A DNA stretch of 64,000 bases from Nitrospinales bacterium (lineage in GTDB: Bacteria; Nitrospinota; Nitrospinia; Nitrospinales; VA-1), in the NCBI GenBank assembly GCA_965205835.1, contig OZ242182.1, positions 1,334,361-1,398,360 on the forward strand. The letters are read 5' to 3'. This document shows positions 10,622 through 19,926 of this stretch, in pieces. A program made the position numbers and the translations under genes. Each line of letters starts with the position of its first letter. Position 1 is the stretch's first letter. Below the pieces are notes generated by a model. It did not search any database and was not told the DNA's origin. It saw only the letters and a list, made by a program, of their open reading frames with translations.

Positions 10622-11274
10622 GGCTCGATCCTCCCTGACTGGCGAAACTGTCGGGCTCTTTGAAACCTCTGTTCGCTATTTTCATCCAGCAGATATTTCC
10701 ATTCCTGTTCAATACTGGCCTCGGTTTTTTCTATCGCAATATCCCGACTCATGCCAAGAGAGCGGCGTATCCAGAGCCCCATATTATGAGGTTTGACTTT
10801 GTCTTCACACACGAACCGGCATAGCCCACAATGGATGCAGGTGGTAAAATCTTCTGCCACTGCTTGAAACTCACCCTTTTGCATGCGTAAAACCGAGTCC
10901 ATCACCGGGATAGACATGGGGCAAGCAGTGGTACAACTTCCACATTTGGTGCACCGGTCCAGCGTGGCAAACGCCAATTGCAGATGGGAAAGCTCCGGCT
11001 GGGCCACCGGTGCCACAGGGACATCGGGCTCAACGGGACAGGGGAAGACTTCCATCCCGGCCTCTACCGGTTTCATGCAGGCTAGTTCCGTGCCTCCTGT
11101 TCGACCGTCAGAATAACGCAAAGTGACGGTGCAGGCCCCGCAGACCCCTCCGGCGCAACCAACCTTTATACTTTCGGCCATTCCCGCCGCCCAAATAGCA
11201 TGCACGAGGGTTTCTCCGACCCTGGCCTGGATGGTTTTCCCGGAAATTTTTATTTCTACCGTTTTCTCGATCAT
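10618..11274 (-). CDS. 2Fe-2S/4Fe-4S iron-sulfur subunit (SdhB/FrdB-like)
   Basis: CAGGVCGAC (plant-type 2Fe-2S) plus CTKCGSCTTACP and CIHCGLCRFVC cluster motifs. Translationally coupled to the flavoprotein gene. Confidence 0.8.
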   Translation of the reverse strand: MIEKTVEIKISGKTIQARVGETLVHAIWAAGMAESIKVGCAGGVCGACTVTLRYSDGRTGGTELACMKPVEAGMEVFPCPVEPDVPVAPVAQPELSHLQLAFATLDRCTKCGSCTTACPMSIPVMDSVLRMQKGEFQAVAEDFTTCIHCGLCRFVCEDKVKPHNMGLWIRRSLGMSRDIAIEKTEASIEQEWKYLLDENSEQRFQRARQFRQSGRIEP

Positions 11275-11358
11275 AAACTCATACGAAGTTGAGAGACAAT
11301 CATAGATTATGTTAGATTACCCATAGTGTATAATTTTTTTGAACATTGAGGGACGAAT

Positions 11359-12114
11359 ATGTCGGGTCATTCCAAGTGGGCCAGTATAAAACATAAAAAG
11401 GGTGCGGCCGATGCCAAACGCGGAAAAGTTTTCACCAAGCTCATTAAGGAAATCACTGTAGCCGCACGCATCGGTGGTGGAGACCCCGATGGCAACCCGC
11501 GACTTAGAACCGCCATCTCGATCGCCAAAAGCAAGAACATGCCAGTGGACAACATCACCCGCGCCATCAAAAAAGGCACCGGCGAGTTGGAAGGCGTACA
11601 CTATGAAGAGCACACCTATGAAGGATACGGTCCTGGCGGGGCAGCCATTTTTCTGGAAGCAATGACCGACAACAAAAACCGCACTGTCAGCGAAATTCGC
11701 GCCGCCTTCGGTAAAGCTGGCGGAAACCTGGGCGAAAACGGCTGTGTCGGGTGGATGTTCGAAAAAAAAGGACTCATCATCGTTAAAACAAAAGCTAAAA
11801 GCGAAGACGACCTGATGGAGCTGGCCATCGATGCCGGTGCCGATGATATGCAGGCCGTCGACGATCACTACGAGATCATCACTCGTGTTGAAAGTTTCGA
11901 GACGGTGCGCAAAACTCTCGAAGACGCAGAAGTACCGATGGAAGTAGCAGAAATCACTCGCATTCCACAAAACACTGTTTCCTTTGATGAAAAAAAAGGC
12001 AAAGCACTGCTCAAACTGATGGATATTCTGGAAGACCACGACGACATCCAAAAAGCCTACTCCAATTTCGACATCTCGGATGATGTCATGGCCGCTATCA
12101 TAGAGGGTAGCTGA
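11359..12114 (+). CDS. yebC: YebC/PmpR family DNA-binding transcriptional regulator
   Basis: Canonical N-terminus [28 protein letters not shown]. 251 aa, upstream of ruvCAB as in many bacteria. Confidence 0.93.
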   Translation: MSGHSKWASIKHKKGAADAKRGKVFTKLIKEITVAARIGGGDPDGNPRLRTAISIAKSKNMPVDNITRAIKKGTGELEGVHYEEHTYEGYGPGGAAIFLEAMTDNKNRTVSEIRAAFGKAGGNLGENGCVGWMFEKKGLIIVKTKAKSEDDLMELAIDAGADDMQAVDDHYEIITRVESFETVRKTLEDAEVPMEVAEITRIPQNTVSFDEKKGKALLKLMDILEDHDDIQKAYSNFDISDDVMAAIIEGS

Positions 12115-12181
12115 ACTCCGACAAGTAGCGGTGGCCCATCCCAAAAGTTAATCCTTTCACCAAGGCTAAAAGGCTAAAAAA

Positions 12182-12682
12182 ATGCGTGTCATGGGAATCG
12201 ACCCCGGCAGTAACTGCACTGGACTCGGCATTGTCGAAGAAATCAAAGGCGACCTGCATGCGATGCACTGGAGCAGTGTACGCACTTCGCCAAAACAATC
12301 CTTTCCAAGACGGCTTAAGCGTATTTATGATGAACTGGTTTTCGCCATGGAAAAATTTCAGCCCAATGTGGTGGCAGTGGAAGACCTGTTCTACGCCACC
12401 AATGTAAAGACAGTAATAAAACTCGGGCAAACCCGCGGTGTCTCTCTGCTAGCCGCCGTTAATTGTGGTATTGAAGTTGCCGAATACAGTCCGCTGGAGG
12501 TCAAGCAATCGGTCGTCGGTTATGGGCGCGCCGACAAAAACCAAGTCTGCGACATGGTTTCGACCCTGTTACGCCTGAAAGAGAAACCCGAACCGTTTGA
12601 CGCCTCCGACGCGCTGGCTGTCGCCATCTGCCATATTCATAATGCCGAATTGCAACAGAAAATCAAACAGGCCAAGGGATAA
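12182..12682 (+). CDS. ruvC: Crossover junction endodeoxyribonuclease RuvC
   Basis: MRVMGIDPGS..TG, EDLFYATNVKT, and DASDALAVAICH catalytic acid motifs. 166 aa. Confidence 0.93.
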   Translation: MRVMGIDPGSNCTGLGIVEEIKGDLHAMHWSSVRTSPKQSFPRRLKRIYDELVFAMEKFQPNVVAVEDLFYATNVKTVIKLGQTRGVSLLAAVNCGIEVAEYSPLEVKQSVVGYGRADKNQVCDMVSTLLRLKEKPEPFDASDALAVAICHIHNAELQQKIKQAKG

Positions 12683-12689
12683 ACAAAAT

Positions 12690-13283
12690 ATGATCGCCCA
12701 CATTAAAGGACAACTGACTTACAAGTCCCCCGAATATACCATTGTCGATGTCAATGGCGTGGGCTATCAGATTTTCACACCTCTATCAACCTATTACGTC
12801 CTGCCCAATCCAGGTCAGACGGTGTCACTCCGGATACATACCCGCATGCGGGAAGGCGAACTCAAACTCTTCGGCTTCCTGACAGAAAAAGAACAAACCA
12901 TTTTTCAAAAACTCATCACCATCAACAAGGTCGGTCCCCGGCTGGCTTTGGGTATCCTGTCCGGCATGTCTCCAGTAGATTTATTGTCCGCCGTGATGAA
13001 CAATGACGTTACCAAACTGAGCACTATCCCCGGTGTCGGCAAAAAAACCGCCGAACGCCTGACTCTGGAAATGAAAGACAAACTGGCAGACATGGCACTG
13101 GAAATGGATCATCGTCCTGAAACCGCGCCGAGAGAAGGTTTTTATGATGACGCACTCTCGGCCCTATGTAACCTGGGCTATAAAAAACTGGAAGCGGAAA
13201 GAGTGCTAAAAACAGTCTATAACCAGAACGGCAAGAATACCGGCCTCGAAGACCTTATTAAAGAAAGTTTGAATATTTTATAG
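12690..13283 (+). CDS. ruvA: Holliday junction DNA helicase RuvA
   Basis: MIAHIKGQL start at 12690; the longer ORF from 12597 overlaps ruvC and is unlikely. Has the HhH motif [12 protein letters not shown]. Confidence 0.9.
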   Translation: MIAHIKGQLTYKSPEYTIVDVNGVGYQIFTPLSTYYVLPNPGQTVSLRIHTRMREGELKLFGFLTEKEQTIFQKLITINKVGPRLALGILSGMSPVDLLSAVMNNDVTKLSTIPGVGKKTAERLTLEMKDKLADMALEMDHRPETAPREGFYDDALSALCNLGYKKLEAERVLKTVYNQNGKNTGLEDLIKESLNIL

Positions 13284-13308
13284 CGTATCTCACCCGCAGG
13301 AAAAACTA

Positions 13309-14334
13309 ATGGAAGAAGACAGACTTATAGGTTCGGGGCCAGACAACGAAGAGATCCAATTCGATAACAGTCTCAGGCCCAGCCACCTGACCGAGTATAT
13401 CGGGCAAGAAAAGATCAAAGAGAATCTCAATATCTTCATATCCGCCGCACAAATGCGGGAGGAGTCCCTCGACCATGTGCTGTTTTACGGTCCGCCCGGA
13501 CTGGGCAAGACCACCCTCGCAAACATCATCGCGGCTGAAATGGGCGCAAACATCAAGAGCACCTCGGGTCCGGTCATTGAAAAGACCGGCGACCTTGCCG
13601 CACTTCTGACCAACCTGAAAAAAGGCGATGTGCTGTTCATCGATGAGATCCACCGGCTCTCCAACGTCATCGAAGAGATACTCTACTCGGCGATGGAAGA
13701 CTATAAACTGGATATCATGATCGGCCAAGGACCAAGTGCCCGCTCCATCAGGCTGGAACTGCCGCCCTTCACCCTTGTCGGAGCCACAACCCGGGCCGGA
13801 CTCCTCACCTCTCCCTTACGGGATCGGTTTGGAGTGGTGCATCGGCTCGACTATTACAGCGAGAAGGAACTAGAAATCATCCTCACTCGTTCAGCCGGAA
13901 TCCTTGAGATCGCCATTGTCCCCGAAGGAGCCAATGAAATCGCGCACCGGTCGCGCGGCACACCCAGAATTGCCAATCGGCTGTTAAGACGCGTGCGCGA
14001 CTATGCTCAGGTGAAAGCCGATGGCGTGATCACCCGCGAGGTCGCCACCAGCGCTCTCGAAATGATGGAAGTGGATGGTAAAGGACTGGACAAAATGGAT
14101 CACAAACTTATACTGGCGATGATCGAAAAATATTCCGGCGGACCGGTTGGCATCGAAAGTCTCGCCGCATCCATCAACGAAGAAAAAGATACCATCGAAG
14201 ATGTGCTGGAACCCTATCTCATCCAGACCGGATTCATCCAACGCACCCCGCGTGGCCGCGTCGCCACACCCATGGCCTACAAACATTTCAACAAACTCCC
14301 GCCCAGTCAGAGCAACCAAGACTTGCTTTTTTAG
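13309..14334 (+). CDS. ruvB: Holliday junction DNA helicase RuvB
   Basis: LRP..L.EYIGQ, Walker [10 protein letters not shown], Walker [10 protein letters not shown], and [16 protein letters not shown]. Confidence 0.95.
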   Translation: MEEDRLIGSGPDNEEIQFDNSLRPSHLTEYIGQEKIKENLNIFISAAQMREESLDHVLFYGPPGLGKTTLANIIAAEMGANIKSTSGPVIEKTGDLAALLTNLKKGDVLFIDEIHRLSNVIEEILYSAMEDYKLDIMIGQGPSARSIRLELPPFTLVGATTRAGLLTSPLRDRFGVVHRLDYYSEKELEIILTRSAGILEIAIVPEGANEIAHRSRGTPRIANRLLRRVRDYAQVKADGVITREVATSALEMMEVDGKGLDKMDHKLILAMIEKYSGGPVGIESLAASINEEKDTIEDVLEPYLIQTGFIQRTPRGRVATPMAYKHFNKLPPSQSNQDLLF

Positions 14335-14491
14335 TACGTTTTTCCCAGGCTCCAATGGAGCGGTATAAAAGATTGGAAAACATTACTAAACCACCCTCAC
14401 CGTAGCCACGCCTTGCCCCTCCCTTCAAGGGAGACTTTTGCGTAAGTCAAAAAAGAGGGAAGGCGAGATTGCCCATCTCAGGCACGAAAGC

Positions 14492-15154
14492 TTAAGTGCT
14501 GAGCGTCCATGAAAATGGGCCTGCAACAGGACTTTCAATGTCCATCTGGTCACCGAGCTCAAGCGGCCCTACCCCCGAGGGGGTGCCAGTAAAAATAATA
14601 TCTCCCGGCCTGAGCGTCCACCACCCGCTCAGCATATGGATCAGATTCCTGACAGGAAAAATCATCTCGCAAGTATTGCCCTGTTGACGAAGGCTCCCGT
14701 TGACCGAACAGGTGAACGATAAATTTTCCAGGTTGATGGCATCCGGAGAATAAGCCTTAAAGTGACCTAAAGGCGCACTCTGCTCAAACGACTTGGAAAG
14801 CTCCCAAGGCAGGCCAGCTTTTTTTAACCGACCCTGAACATCCCGCAGGGTTAAATCCAATCCCAAAGTGACACCGGAAATATATGACAAGGCTTCTGTT
14901 TCAGAAATATTCCGCCCTTCTCGACCAATCAAAAGCACCACCTCCACTTCATGATGCAAAAGCTCGCCATGGCGGGGCATGCACAGAGTCTTACCGGGAG
15001 AAACAATACTCAAAACCGATTTCATAAACACTACCGGTTCCCCAGGCGTCTGTTCCCCCAGTTCTTTCACATGCTCGTCATAATTTTTGCCAATGCAAAA
15101 AATCCGCTGAGGAGTGAATGACTGGTTATTTACGGAAATCTGCCATGCGCTCAC
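14492..15154 (-). CDS. Fumarylacetoacetate hydrolase (FAH) family protein
   Basis: 220 aa with IFCIGKNY..H, HHEVEVV, and C-terminal PGDIIFTGTPSGVGP, typical of FAH/HpcE-like enzymes. Confidence 0.85.
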   Translation of the reverse strand: MSAWQISVNNQSFTPQRIFCIGKNYDEHVKELGEQTPGEPVVFMKSVLSIVSPGKTLCMPRHGELLHHEVEVVLLIGREGRNISETEALSYISGVTLGLDLTLRDVQGRLKKAGLPWELSKSFEQSAPLGHFKAYSPDAINLENLSFTCSVNGSLRQQGNTCEMIFPVRNLIHMLSGWWTLRPGDIIFTGTPSGVGPLELGDQMDIESPVAGPFSWTLST

Positions 15155-15942
15155 TGACTAAACACACGCTGGAAAAATTTCTGCATTGCCGACCAGGACC
15201 GCTCATCCGCCTGCTTGTTATATTCCAGCGCTCCAATATCAAATTTTTTCCGAAACTCGTCCGCCTGCTTGTTGGTGAAGCTGTGCTTCACCCCGGGTAA
15301 ATTCAGGTAAGTAAAATCCACATTGCCCGCCACCATCTGACTGGAAAAAGAACCCACCGTTTCGGGCTTTAGAAAAGAATCTTGCGATCCGTTAATGACC
15401 ATGATGGAAGCCTTCATATTCGTGACCGCTGGTTCCAAAGGCAGGGAGCTGTGAAAAGCAACGATGCCGTCCAGATCAGCACCACCTCGTGCCATGCGAA
15501 TCGACACCGCACCGCCAAAGCAGAATCCTATCGCACCAATCCGCTCGGCATCCACAGTTTTATGAGATTGCAGAACTTCCTTCGCCTTATTGAACCGGGC
15601 TTTAGAGGTTTCCCAATCCTTGAAAGCGGCGTTCATGAGCTCGCCGGCCTTTTTGGGGTGGTTGGCTGTTTTTCCGTTGCCGTACATATCCACCGCTAAA
15701 GCCGTGTAACCGATTTCGGCCAGCATGCGGGCACGGTCTCTGGCATGCTCGTTATGCCCCCACCATTCGTGGACGACCAATACTCCTGGTCTTTTGCTCT
15801 TAATCGCAGAGTCGTGAGCAAGAAAACCCTTTAAAGTTGTGCCGTTGTGGATATATTCAATCTCCTCAGTTTCAACCTCGGCATGGGCGACAGTCCCCAG
15901 ACTTAATATTGCAAGACAGATCAATTGAAGAAAACGTTTCAT
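15151..15942 (-). CDS. Dienelactone hydrolase family protein (secreted)
   Basis: Signal peptide, VVHEWWG, nucleophile-elbow-like IGFCFGG, and a C-terminal H in GVKHSF. Overlaps the FAH gene by 4 nt. Confidence 0.85.
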   Translation of the reverse strand: MKRFLQLICLAILSLGTVAHAEVETEEIEYIHNGTTLKGFLAHDSAIKSKRPGVLVVHEWWGHNEHARDRARMLAEIGYTALAVDMYGNGKTANHPKKAGELMNAAFKDWETSKARFNKAKEVLQSHKTVDAERIGAIGFCFGGAVSIRMARGGADLDGIVAFHSSLPLEPAVTNMKASIMVINGSQDSFLKPETVGSFSSQMVAGNVDFTYLNLPGVKHSFTNKQADEFRKKFDIGALEYNKQADERSWSAMQKFFQRVFSQ

Positions 15943-16313
15943 AGAGTTTTAGTTCCCCTGATAAGGATTTAGAGTTTTAGCAGCTCAATTTTACCGGGCT
16001 TTAGGGCAAAGAGAAAGGGAATTCCCTCAAATTAGCTTGTTGAAGAAGGAGTTCGAGGCTTTAGCGGAAATTTTCCAGGTACTCAACATCCTCGAATCGG
16101 AGGTGAAAAAAATCTACGATAAAACCCTAAAAAAATCCTCAGCAGCCAAGCGGAGTACCTCCGCTGGTAACCAGCAATGTCCTTATTTTGCCGCTAGCAC
16201 TGTTTGCCAGAAAACAAAAGTCATTGCACGCTGGCCCCAAAGCCGAGTGGGACTTGAATTACCTCTTCTGATCGGTTAACCTCAGTTTTCCTTATAAAAC
16301 AGAGAATTGAAGC

Positions 16314-17750
16314 ATGATTAAAACGACTCTGGTCGGGCACGCCTGCCTGCTCATACAATCGAAAGAGACCAACATCCTGACCGATCCGGTCTGGTTCGAT
16401 TATCTTTGGGAAGAAATCAACACGCTATGTCCCAGTATAGTGCTGGAAAAAGACAAAGTACCGCCGTTGGATGTCCTCAATATTTCGCACCGACATCAGG
16501 ATCATTTCGATGTTCGCACCCTGGCTTATCTGGTACAAAATAAAAGTATTACCACGCCCGACACACTCATCTTCGCGCCTCAGGACGATCTGTTGCTCAG
16601 CATTCTTAATGAACTGGAATTTAAAAATATAAAAGTGGTTGCAGATTTCGAACCTATTCAAGTCAAGGATGTGACCATCACCCCGACCCCATCACGCAAC
16701 CAGTTGAGCACCGCTGAAGATCCTTTCCCTGAACATGGGCTGCTGGTAAATGACGGAGAAGTGACGATCTGGAATCAGGTGGATTCCCTGGTGAACCCTG
16801 ACATCATCCAACGAATTGGTGAATTATACGGTCAGATAGATTTTTTTCATTCCCGCTTTGTTCCGTTGATTGAAGGAAACCTCTCCTACAATAAACCGCT
16901 CACCCTGCCCGTTGACGAGTACTGCACTTTCCTGAATGTAGTAAAGGCTCTGAATCCCCGTTTTGTTGTGCCCGGTTCTGCGGCGTTCCGGTATCGAGAC
17001 GAGTTATTGTTCATGAACCAGGTTTCGTTTCCTATAACGCAGGATCAGTTTCTACGCGATCTGAAAGCATTCTGCCCGGAAGTTCCCAGCGCGCCGTTTT
17101 TCCCCGGCGACATGGCGCATATTTCAAAAGAAGAAGTTAAAATTGAAAAGCAGTCGTCTGGTTTTGTGCGTGTCAAAGAAGACAACAGCCACCTGATCAC
17201 ATTCAAACCACACGCATACGTTCCAGTGATCACCACTCAAACCACCGATCCTGAAGAGTATAAAAGGGAAATAAAAGTGGTGGGTAACTTCATTGAAGAC
17301 TGTTTGCTTGAGCGGATTTCAAACAGCGAACTGCTGGAAGGCTGGCAACATTGGCAGATCGTTTATCAACTGGAAGTGTTTGGGCAAGACGGGTCCCAGA
17401 CATGGACCGTAGATTTTGGTCAACCCGGAAAACCCCAACTTCAAAAAGGCGACATCGGAAAGATCAGCCTTTACGAAGGCATTTCTTCGTCGGAACTCTG
17501 CGCCCTGATAGAAGGAAGCACGGCTTGGGATTATGTCACTCTGTGTGGCAATTACCGAACGTTTAATAATATCTACCGCGTAACCGATGGCGGATTTGAG
17601 CTCCCTCCTGAAGACAAGTCAAACTATGCCCTAGAACCTTTGATGGATATTTTCCCTTGGGACGCAGACATGGACCGTAGAAAGTTCATGCGAGACGTCC
17701 AGCGTTGGAAAGGCAAACCAGCCCACCAAGCCTACCCCTTCGGGGCATGA
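16314..17750 (+). CDS. MBL-fold metallo-hydrolase with a long C-terminal extension
   Basis: N-terminal GHACLLIQ...ILTDP and NISHRHQDHFD (HxHxDH-type motif). 478 aa. Confidence 0.7.
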   Translation: MIKTTLVGHACLLIQSKETNILTDPVWFDYLWEEINTLCPSIVLEKDKVPPLDVLNISHRHQDHFDVRTLAYLVQNKSITTPDTLIFAPQDDLLLSILNELEFKNIKVVADFEPIQVKDVTITPTPSRNQLSTAEDPFPEHGLLVNDGEVTIWNQVDSLVNPDIIQRIGELYGQIDFFHSRFVPLIEGNLSYNKPLTLPVDEYCTFLNVVKALNPRFVVPGSAAFRYRDELLFMNQVSFPITQDQFLRDLKAFCPEVPSAPFFPGDMAHISKEEVKIEKQSSGFVRVKEDNSHLITFKPHAYVPVITTQTTDPEEYKREIKVVGNFIEDCLLERISNSELLEGWQHWQIVYQLEVFGQDGSQTWTVDFGQPGKPQLQKGDIGKISLYEGISSSELCALIEGSTAWDYVTLCGNYRTFNNIYRVTDGGFELPPEDKSNYALEPLMDIFPWDADMDRRKFMRDVQRWKGKPAHQAYPFGA

Positions 17751-17924
17751 CGAATGAACACAGACATCTGGGTTCGAATTATTATGGGCGCCATGATGGC
17801 AGCACTCACACTTTATGCCATGTGGGAGTAGAAAACTCTATTCTCTCTCCGTTCTAGACAGTATTGAGTTTTAACCTTTTGGAACCCATATTTACGGTAG
17901 TGCACCTTTTAGGGAGGTAGGCCC

Positions 17925-18790
17925 GTGAAATCTTTAGCTTTCTGTATCGCTCTATCCTTCCTGTTTATTCCCTCCCCGACTCAAAAAATTCATGAGCAGG
18001 GAGTCCCTGCCGAACTGGCGGTCGACTTCATTCACGCGGTGGTGGAAGCCAGACAGACCACATACTTCATGCAAGTGGTTCCCGACAGAACTCTCTCACT
18101 CCTTCTGAAAACTGGAGACGGGAAAAGACATTACCTTTGCCGGCCCAGTTTCTTTCGATGTCTTTCAAAATTTCTAACCCGCACCGAATCAGCATGAAGT
18201 GCCGACTGATGAGCCTCTGGCCCCTCAATAACCATAACGCACCACAACCGCAAAACGAAAAACTCGGACTGGAATAAGTCGTGAAGAACCCGGACCAGCC
18301 TTTCACTTAGATCGCTCCGCGTGAAGGGCTTTGGTATTTCGAGGCCATTTATCCGGACGTCGCTATTTCGGAAACCTGCGCCATCTGTCTCAACAATCAC
18401 CCCAACAACCCCAAAACATACTTTAAAAAAGGCGACGTAATCGGGGGAATCATCATTGACCTGCCTTTGGGCAAGTGGGCAGAAAGAAATGTCGATGAAA
18501 AGTTCCACTTGGCTCCGAAAATGGTGGCGGACTATGTGCACTCGATGCTGGAATTAGACCACACAATATATGCCCGGCATGTTGTCAACCGATTCGAGGG
18601 AGGAAAAGTGAAAACGCTCTCATGCTTCCAGCACAGTTCTTATTGAAAGATGCCACAGAGATTAAGTCCAAACAACTGGAACTGGACTTTCGTTTGATCA
18701 GCCTTTATCCCATTAATCCGCAAAACCCGCCTGCCAACTAGTTTGAACAGAACGGACTGGAAAGTGTGGAGGTGCACCCCCCATTCGCCC
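17925..18790 (+). pseudogene. Decayed tandem DUF3365-like (Tll0287-like) periplasmic protein gene
   Basis: GTG start with a GGGAGG RBS and a signal peptide. Family-like blocks appear twice (ENW..LPLPAQFL, RL[MI]SL[WY]P[LI]N..N.P, IYPDVAISETCAICLNNHP). They are spread over different frames and interrupted by in-frame TAA/TAG codons (GLE*VV, FT*IA, AN*FE). Confidence 0.65.
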
Positions 18791-18857
18791 TAAAATAGAT
18801 TTTGCGCTGGATGTGATGGGCGGGATTTTGGTGAATTTTCAGCCGCAGTAGCTACTA

Positions 18858-19742
18858 CTAGGAAGACCAGACTTCCTGGAACTGTTCGAGAAAAACAGGT
18901 TCCATTTTGGTGCTGCCAAAAATATTGACTTTCTGGTGTGAGTTGAATCCGTGAAAGTCGCGGCTACCGGTGACGATCAAATTGAAACTATTGGCCATGT
19001 CGATAAAATAATCCACTGTCCCCATTCTTTCGTGATAGGGGTAATAACATTCGAGGCCGAGAAGCCCCATCTCCTTCAACTCTTCCAGTAAAACCGGCGC
19101 GTTTTCAGGTTGTCGTCCTTTTTCGGGGCAAATGAGGGAGTAGGAACGCTCTCCTGGATGAGCCAGCACCGGAACACCGCCGCTTTCCCGCACCATACTG
19201 ATTGCGGTCGGCGCGTCGAGGTTTTCCCGTTCGACATTATATTTCACCAGATAGCGCTCAAAGGCCTGACCAGTATTCGACACAATACCAAGCCTCACCA
19301 TTTCGCGTGCGAGATGCGGCCTGGCAAGAACCCCTTCGGCTACTCTTTTCACATTCTCAAACTCTATCATCCCACGGAACCTTTCAGGAGTGGCATCGTT
19401 AACCCGCTCAATCAACTGGCGCATACGTTTTTCCCGGGTTTCAGTCATTTGTTCCACCCGATCCTTAAATTCGAGATTGATTGATTTATAATCCTTGAAG
19501 TAGGCCAGCATATGAATATTAAAATCATGAAACTTGACGGTAATTTCAATGCCAGGAAAAGCCGTGATCTCCGTTTCCTCCGCAGATTCAAGAAACTCAG
19601 GAATGCCATCGAAAGTATCGTGATCGGTGAGGGATAGAATGGACACCTCATTTTTTTCCGCAATACCAACCAAATTTGTAGGCGAAAATTCACCATCGGA
19701 AAAGATGGAGTGCATATGAATTTCAGATTTACGCATTGGCAT
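18858..19742 (-). CDS. PHP-domain metal-dependent phosphoesterase
   Basis: MHSIFSDGEFSP, LTDHDTFDG and AHPG motifs of the PHP (polymerase/histidinol phosphatase) superfamily. Confidence 0.85.
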   Translation of the reverse strand: MPMRKSEIHMHSIFSDGEFSPTNLVGIAEKNEVSILSLTDHDTFDGIPEFLESAEETEITAFPGIEITVKFHDFNIHMLAYFKDYKSINLEFKDRVEQMTETREKRMRQLIERVNDATPERFRGMIEFENVKRVAEGVLARPHLAREMVRLGIVSNTGQAFERYLVKYNVERENLDAPTAISMVRESGGVPVLAHPGERSYSLICPEKGRQPENAPVLLEELKEMGLLGLECYYPYHERMGTVDYFIDMANSFNLIVTGSRDFHGFNSHQKVNIFGSTKMEPVFLEQFQEVWSS

Positions 19743-19926
19743 AGATTAACCACCCATTTTCCGTATATATTAACGGGTTTTGCGAAAATTTCATAACTAA
19801 ATACAGTTTTCCTCAACAACCCAATACGCTTTTGCCTTCTAAAAAACTGGTTTGCTGGCCCCTGAAGCACAAGTGTTCCGGCTCCCAGGATTGATTTAAA
19901 AAGGAATTTCCGATACCTTAACGGTC

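Noticed and set aside
11317-12144. A 275-aa ORF antisense to yebC, and similar long antisense ORFs: 13306-13728 and 13984-14355 opposite ruvB, 7133-7732, 21315-21830, 35434-35979, 46055-46684 and 18131-18541.
   Set aside because: Each overlaps a confidently identified gene on the other strand almost completely. Their composition is not protein-like and they have no recognisable motifs. They are typical shadow ORFs.
16037-16279. An 80-aa ORF upstream of the MBL-hydrolase gene.
   Set aside because: It has a TTG start without a convincing RBS, no recognisable family, and a C-terminal half that looks like random sequence. I left it unannotated.
17925-18790. Stop-codon reassignment or programmed readthrough as the explanation for the in-frame TAA/TAG codons.
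   Set aside because: Neighbouring genes terminate normally at TAA and TAG, and the same locus also carries frameshifts. Pseudogenisation is the simpler explanation.
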